Positions 8,762 to 17,349 of a DNA stretch of 64,000 nt are shown in pieces (position 1 is the first letter of the stretch; each line of letters opens with the position of its first letter). Position numbers and translations under genes: made by a program. The notes beneath the pieces were generated by a model. The model saw only the letters and a list, made by a program, of their open reading frames with translations. It had not been told where the DNA came from and made no database searches. This stretch comes from an uncultured Pseudomonadales bacterium (lineage in GTDB: Bacteria; Patescibacteriota; Microgenomatia; UBA1400; Chazhemtobacteraceae). The stretch is from contig CAYQZQ010000001.1 in assembly GCA_964422035.1 (NCBI GenBank), forward strand, positions 441,013 through 505,012. The letters run 5' to 3'.

Positions 8762-9512
8762 GCTTTAATTCTTCAAAAGTCAGTTCTTTAACTTCAGTTT
8801 TTATATTAAACTTTTTTTCAAAACCATAAATAAGCGCCTTTTCTATTTCTTTATTTGCAATGTTTTTTCCTAACTCGTTTTTTAACGAGGTTACTCGCTC
8901 TTTGGCCGTTTTTATCATTTTATCTTTAATTTTTTCGTCAGGGACATTTAGCACGGAAAACATTTTTTCAAGATCCAGATCCAAAAGTATCGTTCCGTGC
9001 TGTAAGACCACGCCTGACTGTCTGGTTTGGGCATTACCGGATATTTTTTTATTACCGACAATAATATCATTTATGGGTTTGAATTCCGCTTTTATGCCAA
9101 GAGAAAGTAGGGCTTCAACTATAGCACCGCAGATTTCTTTGTAAGATCCAACTATATCAGAAGAAACATCTTTTTCAGAAATGGTGAGAGAATAAGTTAG
9201 TTCATGTTCATGTAAAACTGCGCCTCCGCCAGTATACCTTCTAACTACGTCTATATTTTTAGACTGAGCCTTGATAAGATCTATTTCATCTTCCAGATTT
9301 TGAAAAAAACCAATTGTTACACAGGATGGTTGCCACTTAAAAAATCGCAGAGTGTTTGGAACTGTACCTTTTATGCGCGCTGTAAGAATGGCTTCATCAT
9401 TAGCCATCTGTTTTGCACCGCTGTCCGCAGTTGTTTTTATAAGTCTCCAGGTGTTCATATTTTTATTTACACATAGTGTCAGCTTGATACGAGCTCCTAA
9501 CCAAAGGTCCAA
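8703..9512 (-). CDS. lplA: Lipoate-protein ligase A catalytic domain; copy 2
   Basis: LRFFKWQPSCVTIGFFQ, RRYTGGGAVLHEHE, KISGNAQTR. Overlaps the 3' end of lipA. Confidence 0.85.
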   Translation of the reverse strand: MDLWLGARIKLTLCVNKNMNTWRLIKTTADSGAKQMANDEAILTARIKGTVPNTLRFFKWQPSCVTIGFFQNLEDEIDLIKAQSKNIDVVRRYTGGGAVLHEHELTYSLTISEKDVSSDIVGSYKEICGAIVEALLSLGIKAEFKPINDIIVGNKKISGNAQTRQSGVVLQHGTILLDLDLEKMFSVLNVPDEKIKDKMIKTAKERVTSLKNELGKNIANKEIEKALIYGFEKKFNIKTEVKELTFEELKHAEKLYKEKYTSDKWNYWR

Positions 9513-10308
9513 CTGAAATTTGTTTGATGCCTATTTTTTTGGCAATCGCCCTAATTTTTTTAAACTCTTCTGGTTTATAATATTTCTTTACCGAAAAATG
9601 TACTGAGCTTGGCTGTAAATACTGACCTATTGTGACTATATCACAACTGCTTTTTTTCAAATCCGTAAGTGTTTCAATTATTTGCTCATTTGTTTCACCT
9701 AAACCAAGCATGATGCCGGATTTGATTTTTATTCTCGGCTCAAATTCTTTTGTTTTTCTTAGAAGTTCTAGAGACAATCTGTAATCACCTCTAGGTCTTA
9801 CTAGGGTAAAAACATCTTCAACAGCCTCTAAGTTATGGTTAATCACATCAGGTCCGGATTTTATGATCTTTTGAAGCGCTGTCCAATTACCGTTTAGATC
9901 AGAGATTAACACTTCAATTGTACAACTTGGATTTATTTTTTTTATCGCCTTGATTGTTTTTATAAATTGGTCAGCGCCACTGTCTGCCAAATCATCTCTG
10001 GTAACGCAGGTTATCACCACATAATCCAACTTCATCTTTTCAGTAGCAATAGCAATCCTTTTTGGTTCTTGGGCATCAACAGTTTTTGGCCAACCTGTTT
10101 TGATATTACAGTAACGACAATTTCTGGTACAAACGTCACCTAAAATCATAAAAGTAGCTGTGCCGGCAGCAAAACATTCATAACGGTTGGGACAATTTGC
10201 TTCCAGACAAACCGTAGTTAGTTTATATTCATTTATAATATCTAAAGTCTTCAGATATGCTTTTTTATCGCATTGCTTAATTTTAATCCAATTGGGCAAG
10301 TTATCCAT
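9463..10308 (-). CDS. lipA: Lipoyl synthase (radical SAM)
   Basis: Auxiliary cluster CLEANCPNRYEC and radical-SAM cluster CTRNCRYC. 281 aa. Confidence 0.9.
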   Translation of the reverse strand: MDNLPNWIKIKQCDKKAYLKTLDIINEYKLTTVCLEANCPNRYECFAAGTATFMILGDVCTRNCRYCNIKTGWPKTVDAQEPKRIAIATEKMKLDYVVITCVTRDDLADSGADQFIKTIKAIKKINPSCTIEVLISDLNGNWTALQKIIKSGPDVINHNLEAVEDVFTLVRPRGDYRLSLELLRKTKEFEPRIKIKSGIMLGLGETNEQIIETLTDLKKSSCDIVTIGQYLQPSSVHFSVKKYYKPEEFKKIRAIAKKIGIKQISVGPLVRSSYQADTMCK

Positions 10309-10309
10309 A

Positions 10310-10585
10310 TTAAGAAAAAACAGTATTTTGCTCTATTAAAGTGATCAAATCTGCATAAGAGATAAGTTTAACACCGGCCTTATTATCAACCCCTCTTAAT
10401 TTTAGGTCTTGATCTATGACTGAAATACTTGCACCCTTTTCTTTAATTGCGCCAATAAGATTATTTTTAGGATTATGACAAACTAAAACGCCATCTTGAA
10501 TTAAAACGGTAATATCCCCCTTTTTAATAAAGCGCAATATTTGCTTGTGCCGACTGAGATCGTTTGATTTGATAATAAATAACAT
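10310..10585 (-). CDS. TusB/DsrH-family sulfur-relay protein
   Basis: 91 aa with DsrH-like topology. It is third in a tusD-tusC-tusB-like gene order. Confidence 0.6.
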   Translation of the reverse strand: MLFIIKSNDLSRHKQILRFIKKGDITVLIQDGVLVCHNPKNNLIGAIKEKGASISVIDQDLKLRGVDNKAGVKLISYADLITLIEQNTVFS

Positions 10586-10591
10586 ATGTGT

Positions 10592-10972
10592 TTAAAAATT
10601 AATTATTACACCCACTCCTCTGACGAGTTTGTTTATCTCTTTGTCAGCTAAAATTTCAACCTGTTGGATTTCCTGTATTTGAATGTTCCTCTCAGTTAAG
10701 CTGTTGGCATCGGCTGCAACTTTCAAACCAAATTCGGTAGCATTGGCAAAACCTTCTTTTAAGCTTCCCGCCCCAATTAGATCAGGATTTTGTTTTTTTA
10801 GCAGGGAAAATACACCATCATCGGAAAAAACTAAGAAAGTATCTAAATCCATTCCGGCAAAAGCAATACCGGCTCTGACAGCCTCAGCCGGGAAAACCGT
10901 GCCAAATGGCGGATTATTAACGATTATTAGTACTTTTTTTGTCATATGTTCATAGATTGATAAATTTGTCAC
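10592..10972 (-). CDS. TusC/DsrF-family sulfur-relay protein (probable true start at M of MTKKVLIIVNN, ~10945)
   Basis: DsrE/DsrF-like fold (VLIIVNNPPFG...) lacking the active-site cysteine, as in TusC/DsrF. Confidence 0.6.
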   Translation of the reverse strand: MTNLSIYEHMTKKVLIIVNNPPFGTVFPAEAVRAGIAFAGMDLDTFLVFSDDGVFSLLKKQNPDLIGAGSLKEGFANATEFGLKVAADANSLTERNIQIQEIQQVEILADKEINKLVRGVGVIINF

Positions 10973-11294
10973 ACTCCTTGACCATGTCAGCCAAACCAGG
11001 CAAACCTTCTAACTCTCCCTGAGGTAAAAGCTGGTCTTTTTTTATCCCACGGAATTGGATACAAACACCGCAAATCTTGATTTCTGCTCCCAAGTCAGCC
11101 AGTTCTGCCATTCTTTGATATAAATTTCTCTCTTTGGCTGAATTGATATCTTTATTGACGGCAATGACACTATCAACATAAAGAAATATTTTCACTTGGT
11201 GTTTTTTAGCTATCGCGGCTTTACTAAGGTAATAAAGCGTGTCAATGTCTTGATATGTGTATGGTGGCTTGGTGACTAATATGCCTAATTTCAT
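10950..11294 (-). CDS. TusD/DsrE-family sulfur-relay protein (active-site Cys present)
   Basis: 114 aa, KLGILVTKPPY N-terminus. The conserved Cys sits in an EIKICGVCIQFRGI context like TusD Cys78 / DsrE. Confidence 0.7.
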   Translation of the reverse strand: MKLGILVTKPPYTYQDIDTLYYLSKAAIAKKHQVKIFLYVDSVIAVNKDINSAKERNLYQRMAELADLGAEIKICGVCIQFRGIKKDQLLPQGELEGLPGLADMVKECDKFINL

Positions 11295-11312
11295 ATTTTA
11301 TTTGTGAATTTA

Positions 11313-12356
11313 TTAATTGTTTTTTATAAACATAAAATAAGCTAATGTCCAACCACCTGAAATGATGAATATACCCGCAAGAATACTGGAGATTGCTAAT
11401 TGAGGCACGCCGCTGAGAATATGTCCTATGTTACAGCCCCCGGCTATTATCGCACCAAAACCCATTAAGGATCCTCCGGCCAGAGATTGTAATCCAACTT
11501 TAGCTTTTGGCAAACGAATTTTAAATTCATTACCCAATTTAGAGCCAATGAATGAACCTGCAACTAGACCAATAACTTGGAATGATTCCCATGTTAAAAA
11601 GTTCTTTCTTTGTAAAATTGATTTAAGAATTGTTTCAAAGCCTGTGGTTATTCCCAAGGGATAATTACGCCCGGATAGGGATGAAAAAATAAATGCCAAT
11701 ATACCAATAAAGCCAATTGCAAGTCCGGTTAGTTTCCACGACCAACCCATGTTAAAAAGTTTTCCAGTCCAGTTTATCTTGTTACCCTGCTTCAGCTTAT
11801 TGTCCTGGATGCTAATTCCGCTATCTTTTTTCTTAAGGCCGCAAAATAACAACACAAAAATTATGCCGGCGAAAATTAAAACAAAAAACTCAGCAGGAAT
11901 TCCTGATATCGAACTGAGCGTTAAAGGACCCTTATTTAAAGTTTGAACTCGGGTGACAAAATCGGATAAAAATCCATCTTTGGCTAGATATGCGGCCATA
12001 ATAAATCCAAACAAAGCTATTAAAGAACTGATCATGCCCTCACCAACGCGGTAAGCTGTTCCGCTGGCACATCCTCCTGTTAAGACCATCCCGGCTCCGA
12101 ACATATAGCTACCTAAAGGTATGGCAAGTAGATAAAGAGGCTTGGGATTAAGCTCCACAATGCCAAGAGTGCTTATAATATAAAAACCAAGTAACTGAAC
12201 TACAATCGCTAGTCCTACTGCTTTAAGTAAAGTGAAATCCTTGAATAGGAGTGGATCACGAAAAGCCGAGTTCATGCAAAATCTCCCCCTTTGCAATGCA
12301 AGGCCGAAAAGAAGCCCCACTAATAATCCGCTAATTATGGAGAAGACACTAAGCAT
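11313..12356 (-). CDS. YeeE/YedE-family sulfur-compound (thiosulfate-type) transporter
   Basis: Two-repeat membrane protein with the conserved Cys motifs GRFCMNSA, GGCASGTAY and AGGCNIGHILSG. Confidence 0.8.
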   Translation of the reverse strand: MLSVFSIISGLLVGLLFGLALQRGRFCMNSAFRDPLLFKDFTLLKAVGLAIVVQLLGFYIISTLGIVELNPKPLYLLAIPLGSYMFGAGMVLTGGCASGTAYRVGEGMISSLIALFGFIMAAYLAKDGFLSDFVTRVQTLNKGPLTLSSISGIPAEFFVLIFAGIIFVLLFCGLKKKDSGISIQDNKLKQGNKINWTGKLFNMGWSWKLTGLAIGFIGILAFIFSSLSGRNYPLGITTGFETILKSILQRKNFLTWESFQVIGLVAGSFIGSKLGNEFKIRLPKAKVGLQSLAGGSLMGFGAIIAGGCNIGHILSGVPQLAISSILAGIFIISGGWTLAYFMFIKNN

Positions 12357-12377
12357 ATTTAGATTATTTGATTAGAT

Positions 12378-12953
12378 TTATAGTTTTGATGCCGGATTAA
12401 GGCAGTTGTTCTCCACGCAATAAATGATTTTACTTTCCATGTCGTCGGCCATGGATTCGGCAAAACCGACAATTGGTTCATAATTACCGATGAAAGTAGT
12501 GGGAACTCCTCTGGCTTGAATGCCATAAGCTTGAGCCACCTGCTGAAACAGTTCTAAGTTTTCTTTGTTTTTCCATGTCTCATACATCTTTACCTCTAAC
12601 TCAGGATACTTCTGTTCCATTTCCTCTAAAAAAGGCTTTTCAACTGCACAATGAGGGCAGCCATCTCCCCAAAAAAAGTAGATTACTACAGACTTTTCTG
12701 ACACTTCTTCGCTGTCTTCTATATTTGTATTGCCTTCTTCGTTTTCAACCACTGCTTCCCCTTTTACCGATTGCTTTTCTTCCTCTATTTGAGTGGTAGT
12801 ATTTTCTTCTTCCTGATTTTCAGTGACTGTGTTTTCGAGCGAAGAAATTTCATTGTTAGTGTTTTTATTACTACCGATTGTTTGAGTAAAAAGAAATAGC
12901 CCTAAGCCCAGTGTTAGTACTATTGTCAATATTGATATTTGTTTTTTATTCAT
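12378..12953 (-). CDS. Secreted thioredoxin-fold protein (CPHC); paralog of the N-terminal domain of 4438..5925
   Basis: Signal peptide, an N/E/T-rich low-complexity linker, then IYFFWGDGCPHCAVEKPFLEEMEQKY...GVPTTFIG. About 85% nucleotide identity to 5600..5850 over ~230 nt. Confidence 0.7.
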   Translation of the reverse strand: MNKKQISILTIVLTLGLGLFLFTQTIGSNKNTNNEISSLENTVTENQEEENTTTQIEEEKQSVKGEAVVENEEGNTNIEDSEEVSEKSVVIYFFWGDGCPHCAVEKPFLEEMEQKYPELEVKMYETWKNKENLELFQQVAQAYGIQARGVPTTFIGNYEPIVGFAESMADDMESKIIYCVENNCLNPASKL

Positions 12954-13021
12954 AATTTTACTTTTATTTAGTTTAATTTAATAATAAATGCAGTTGGATG
13001 CGTTGATAGTTAATATTCTAA

Positions 13022-13276
13022 CTACTTAACTTGAATTAGAAGCCGGTGGTCAGGACCGGACTCTATTTTCTCTACTTTAAGCATTTTATGTCCTTCTTTT
13101 TCACAGTTACGCGGGATTCTCTCTAAAGATAAAGGATAATCAGTTAAAACCTCCAATATCTCTCCTGAGCTCATTTTTTTAATTTTTTTTCTTGTTCTTA
13201 TGTCCGGATAAGGACAAATCTCACCTCTGACATCAATGCTCTCTGTTGCCCGAATCTTTTTGTTTTCTTCTGTCAT
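13022..13276 (-). CDS. tusA: TusA-like sulfurtransferase (SirA/YedF/YeeD family)
   Basis: Conserved CPxP motif (IDVRGEICPYPDIRTRKKI). 84 aa. Confidence 0.8.
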   Translation of the reverse strand: MTEENKKIRATESIDVRGEICPYPDIRTRKKIKKMSSGEILEVLTDYPLSLERIPRNCEKEGHKMLKVEKIESGPDHRLLIQVK

Positions 13277-13356
13277 ATAAACTTTCTTTTAGAATTATTT
13301 TGGAAATGTAAAGGTTAATTATGTATCCATATTATAATCAATCAATGTTGTGAGAC

Positions 13357-13401
13357 TATTTTGCCAATGTTAAGGGAGTGTTAAGTTGAGGACAAGTTAA
13401 G
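13357..13401. promoter_or_regulatory. Conserved ~45-nt motif, copy 2, upstream of the tusA-trx-yeeE-tusDCB-lipA-lplAB operon
   Basis: TATTTTgCCAATgTTAAGGGAgTGTTAAGtTGAggACAAgTTAAG. Matches 5937..5981 and lies 80 to 125 nt upstream of the tusA start. Confidence 0.45.
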
Positions 13402-13431
13402 CTGAAATCATGTCAAGCGCTGGTTTATTTT

Positions 13432-14583
13432 TCATTTCAAAGGCAGCCTAACTTTAAAAGTAGTGCCTTTTCCCAACTCACTTTTGACTTGAATTTCTCC
13501 TTTGTGAGCTTTAATAATTTTTTGAACAATGGTTAAACCAATTCCAATTCCCTCATGGCTGCGCGATTTATCGACTTGAAAAAATCTTTCAAAGATTAGA
13601 GGCAGATCTTCTTGTTTAATGCCCATCCCTTCATCGATAACTTTAAAGCACAACTCTTGCTGATCGGATTGATAGGTTTTGAGAGTGATGGTGCTGCCTG
13701 CAGATGAGTACTTAATAGCATTATCTAAAAGATTAGAGATCACCTGCTGTATCTTTTGCTCATCTAATTTAATCTTTGGCAAGTTGGCTTCCAGTTCGAG
13801 CTTTAACTCAATATTTTTATTTTCTAGTTTTTTTTGAAATGATTGGGCTGCTGTCTTGATTAAATCATTAATGTTTGCGTAAGTTTGATTAAGTTTTGGA
13901 TCCTCACTTTCCAGAATAGCTAATTTTTTCAAGTCTTTAATTAGCTGAACAACTCGCTTAGTTTCTTCTTTAATTAATTTAATGGTTTCTCGTTGTTTAT
14001 CTGGCTCACTGATCACGCCGTCTGAGAGTGCTTCTAGATAGCCATATATGTTAGTCAGAGGGGTTGAAAGCTCGTGAGACATGTTGGCAACTAGTTCTTT
14101 ACGCAGAGTTTCAGTTTTTTCTAAGCTTTGATACATCTCATTGAGTGCTTTAATCAACTCGTCTGTTTCATCGTAAGTTTTGGTCTTGATTCGCACTTGA
14201 TAGTTGCCGGTACTAGCCCGTTTGGCTGAAGCGATAATTTTTTGAAAAGGTTTTAAGAAATTGTGGCTAAAAAGATAACCTAACAACAAGGCAATTAATA
14301 AACCAAAAAGGCTAGCAATTAAAAGAGATTGATTAATTGATTGGAGAAACCGCTGCCCGTTTTGGCTGCGCATACACTCAGGTAAGCCGTTTGTTGAAAG
14401 TTCGCAAAACTGCTGAAAGTGTTGGTTAACAGCAAACTTAGTGACTAAAGTCACAAAACCTACCGTAATCACTAAATTGATTACAAAAAGCAAAATAAGC
14501 TTCCATTTTAATCCTAATTTTATTTTCATAAGAACAGATGAGTTAGTCGACCAATTTATAACCAACCCCTTTGATTGTAGCAA
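13432..14583 (-). CDS. Sensor histidine kinase (2 TM, HAMP, HisKA, HATPase_c)
   Basis: H-box MSHELSTPL, N-box LLDNAIKYS, G-boxes DEGMGI and GIGLTIV. Confidence 0.85.
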   Translation of the reverse strand: MLQSKGLVINWSTNSSVLMKIKLGLKWKLILLFVINLVITVGFVTLVTKFAVNQHFQQFCELSTNGLPECMRSQNGQRFLQSINQSLLIASLFGLLIALLLGYLFSHNFLKPFQKIIASAKRASTGNYQVRIKTKTYDETDELIKALNEMYQSLEKTETLRKELVANMSHELSTPLTNIYGYLEALSDGVISEPDKQRETIKLIKEETKRVVQLIKDLKKLAILESEDPKLNQTYANINDLIKTAAQSFQKKLENKNIELKLELEANLPKIKLDEQKIQQVISNLLDNAIKYSSAGSTITLKTYQSDQQELCFKVIDEGMGIKQEDLPLIFERFFQVDKSRSHEGIGIGLTIVQKIIKAHKGEIQVKSELGKGTTFKVRLPLK

Positions 14584-15220
14584 TTAACTCTTGGCTGTGA
14601 TCTTTTAACTTTTTTCTTAAATTTGAAATATGAACATCAATGGTGCGATCATAAACTTCTGCAGCTTCATTGGCATAGACTATATCTAAGAGTTCAGTTC
14701 GTGAATACACTACTCCCGGACGCTTGATCAAGGCTAGTAGCAGATCAAATTCTCTGAGAGTGAGATTAATTTCCTGCCCATCTTGCTTAACTTCAAAGCG
14801 CTGGGGATCAACTTTAAGACTTTTTACTTGGTAAATTTGTGAGTCAATGTCACTTTCTTGGAAACGCCTTAGGACTGTTTTAACTCTAGCCACTAGCTCT
14901 TGGGGGCTAAAGGGTTTAGTCACATAATCATCAGCTCCTAACTCCAAGCCAATGATTTTGTCTGTTTCTTCATCTTTTGAAGATAAGATGATGATAGGAG
15001 TTTTATTGTTTTGACGGATTTTTTTTAAAACAGAGATGCCGTCCTTTTCAGGTATCATTAAATCCAAAATAACAAGGTCTGGCTTTTTGTTTTGAAAAAT
15101 TTCCAACCCACGCAATCCGTCCTGAGCTGTAAAAATTGTAAAGTTTTCTTTTTCAAGATAAAGCTCCAATAGACGAATAATTTTAGACTCATCTTCGATA
15201 ATAAGAATACGTTTATTCAC
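14543..15220 (-). CDS. OmpR-family response regulator
   Basis: Receiver domain (ILIIEDE..DLVILDLMIP) plus a winged-helix trans_reg_C domain (YSRTELLD..VDVHISNLRKKL). Confidence 0.9.
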   Translation of the reverse strand: MNKRILIIEDESKIIRLLELYLEKENFTIFTAQDGLRGLEIFQNKKPDLVILDLMIPEKDGISVLKKIRQNNKTPIIILSSKDEETDKIIGLELGADDYVTKPFSPQELVARVKTVLRRFQESDIDSQIYQVKSLKVDPQRFEVKQDGQEINLTLREFDLLLALIKRPGVVYSRTELLDIVYANEAAEVYDRTIDVHISNLRKKLKDHSQELIATIKGVGYKLVD

Positions 15221-15417
15221 GGTTAATATATTTTACAAATTTAGAATGAATTTAATTAAAAATTACAAATAGAAAAATTTAAAAAGAATAAAAGCGACCA
15301 CTACAGTTAATAAGACAATTGAAGATAAATATTTTTTTACTCATTGTTTTGTTATGCTCGCCTTATTTAATAGTTATTGACTAATGTTTTCTAAATATAA
15401 ATTTTCGTAAATTAGAC

Positions 15418-16581
15418 TTATACTACTCCGTAAATTAAACCGGCTAAAGTAGTTAAAACTATAATGGTTAAGGCGTAAACTAAAGTTTTCTTAGTACCAA
15501 TTAGTTTACGAATAATCAACAGCCCTTGTAATGATAACACCGGATCAGACAATAAATAAGCCATCAGCGGCCCCTTGTTCATACCAAGCTTCATAAAGTT
15601 TTCAGCAATAGGCACTTCAACCAAAGCTGGGAAATAAGCAATAGCACCAAATAAGACGGCTACAAAATTGGTCAGCAAATTGTTGTTGCTAGTTAAATTT
15701 CTAAATTGTGCTTCTGGGATGAGGAATGTGATAACGCTAGCAGCAAAAACACCTATCAAAAGGGTGGGTACAATCTCATTAATAAACTTGACTGTTTCGT
15801 CCCACCACAATTTACGTTGATCTTTTTTAATCCACAAAAGGCTAAAGATAAAAACCATAATAACTAAAAAGATTATTGAAATATACTTAAATTGGTTACC
15901 AATTGGGGCGGTGCCTATAATTAAAATGGTAAATAAAATTATCCAAAAGATTTTACTTTGCTTGCTGTTTTTAAAGGCTTTAGTCTTCTCGATTAAAGTT
16001 AATTTCCCTGTTTCCCCCACTGCTTCATGCTTAAAAACTAGTTCCATCACTAAACCAACCACAATAGCAAAAACTACCGATAGAATAAATCGAATAATCC
16101 CAAAATTCCACCCCAGACGCTGACCGGTTAATAAGAGCGAAACAATGTTAACAGCCGGTCCAGCATAAAGAAAAGTAGCAGCAATACCAAGACCCGCGCC
16201 CTTTTTCCAGATACCAGCAAATAAAGGCAAAATGGTGCAAGAGCAAACTTGAATAAAAAACCCACCCAATGAGGCAATAAGGTAAGCCAACCATTTTTTA
16301 GTCTTACCACTTAAATATTTTAAAACTTGATGTGAATCCAGCAAACTGTTGAGTGCTCCAGCAATAAAAAAAGCGGGAATTAGACACAGCAAAACATGGG
16401 CTGATAAATAATCAACTAAGCCCAACCAGCCTTCATAAACGGCTGAACCAATTAAAACTTGAATGTTTTCTGCACTTAAAAAGTTGGTAATTGGAACCTG
16501 CCACAAGAAAATTATCAGGTAAGTTAAAAACAAACCGATTAAAACTATGTTTTTTTTAATAAGATCCACAATTTTCGACAT
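15418..16581 (-). CDS. DUF318/COG0701-family permease
   Basis: 387 aa with about 10 TM helices and a CSCTILP motif. Sits in the classical arrangement with ArsR and a small redox-active thioredoxin-like protein. Confidence 0.7.
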   Translation of the reverse strand: MSKIVDLIKKNIVLIGLFLTYLIIFLWQVPITNFLSAENIQVLIGSAVYEGWLGLVDYLSAHVLLCLIPAFFIAGALNSLLDSHQVLKYLSGKTKKWLAYLIASLGGFFIQVCSCTILPLFAGIWKKGAGLGIAATFLYAGPAVNIVSLLLTGQRLGWNFGIIRFILSVVFAIVVGLVMELVFKHEAVGETGKLTLIEKTKAFKNSKQSKIFWIILFTILIIGTAPIGNQFKYISIIFLVIMVFIFSLLWIKKDQRKLWWDETVKFINEIVPTLLIGVFAASVITFLIPEAQFRNLTSNNNLLTNFVAVLFGAIAYFPALVEVPIAENFMKLGMNKGPLMAYLLSDPVLSLQGLLIIRKLIGTKKTLVYALTIIVLTTLAGLIYGVV

Positions 16582-16593
16582 ATTATTCTTTTC

Positions 16594-16854
16594 TTATCCC
16601 TCTTTAATTTTAGAAATGATTTCTTCCTTACTAGGCATACCAGTAGCCGCAACTTCATCATTAATCACCAAAACCGGGCTACTCATCACTCCCATTTCCA
16701 TAATTTTCTGAATTCCTTGTGTACCTGACAAATACTCAATTTCAATATCGTCAGAATTAACCCCAGAAATTGTTCCTTCGCTTACAATTTTTTTAACTAA
16801 ATTGTGTAACTCTTGACAGGTGTGGCAGCCCGAACCTAAAATTTGAACCTTCAT
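16594..16854 (-). CDS. Thioredoxin-family redox-active disulfide protein (small CxxC protein)
   Basis: 86 aa. The CxxC motif GCHTC is near the N-terminus. Lies between the arsR-like and permease genes. Confidence 0.75.
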   Translation of the reverse strand: MKVQILGSGCHTCQELHNLVKKIVSEGTISGVNSDDIEIEYLSGTQGIQKIMEMGVMSSPVLVINDEVAATGMPSKEEIISKIKEG

Positions 16855-16880
16855 AATATTTTTCTAATTTGTAATAGTAA

Positions 16881-17195
16881 CTAGTTGACTAGAGCTAAAA
16901 TGTGACTTGTAACTTTCTGTCCTTTTTTAGTTAATGAGTAGTAAGCTCGTCGACCCTCTTTTCGTTTGTTCACTAATTTAGCTTTTTTTAAATCGGCTAA
17001 GTGATGAGAAATCAAACTTTGCGACATAGCAAAATTTTTTGGAACCTCACAAATGCAATGCTCGCCACTATTAAGCAAACATAATAATTTTAAGCGATTT
17101 TTTTCACCAATTAATTTGAGAAAATTTGATAGCGAGGTAAGTTTTTCAAAATCTTCTGAATTTATCTTACAACATTTATATGAACTCATATTCAT
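16881..17195 (-). CDS. ArsR/SmtB-family transcriptional regulator
   Basis: wHTH with a metal/redox Cys pair, HCICEV...SQSLISHHLADLKKAKLV...RAYYSLT. Confidence 0.8.
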   Translation of the reverse strand: MNMSSYKCCKINSEDFEKLTSLSNFLKLIGEKNRLKLLCLLNSGEHCICEVPKNFAMSQSLISHHLADLKKAKLVNKRKEGRRAYYSLTKKGQKVTSHILALVN

Positions 17196-17349
17196 ATATA
17201 TTATTAGGCGTAAAAGGAAAAGTCAATGGGAGGTTCTTCTGTAAAATTGGATCTAGTAAATTTTTATTATAATTTGATTTTTTTATTGTGAGCCATGTGG
17301 GTTTGGAACTTAGCTGTCCTTATAAATAACCTCTGTTAGATCTGATTTG

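Noticed and set aside
15221-15417. AT-rich 197-bp intergenic region upstream of the response-regulator/histidine-kinase operon, considered as a possible ncRNA
   Set aside because: No conserved structure or repeat was discernible. It is most likely just a promoter region.
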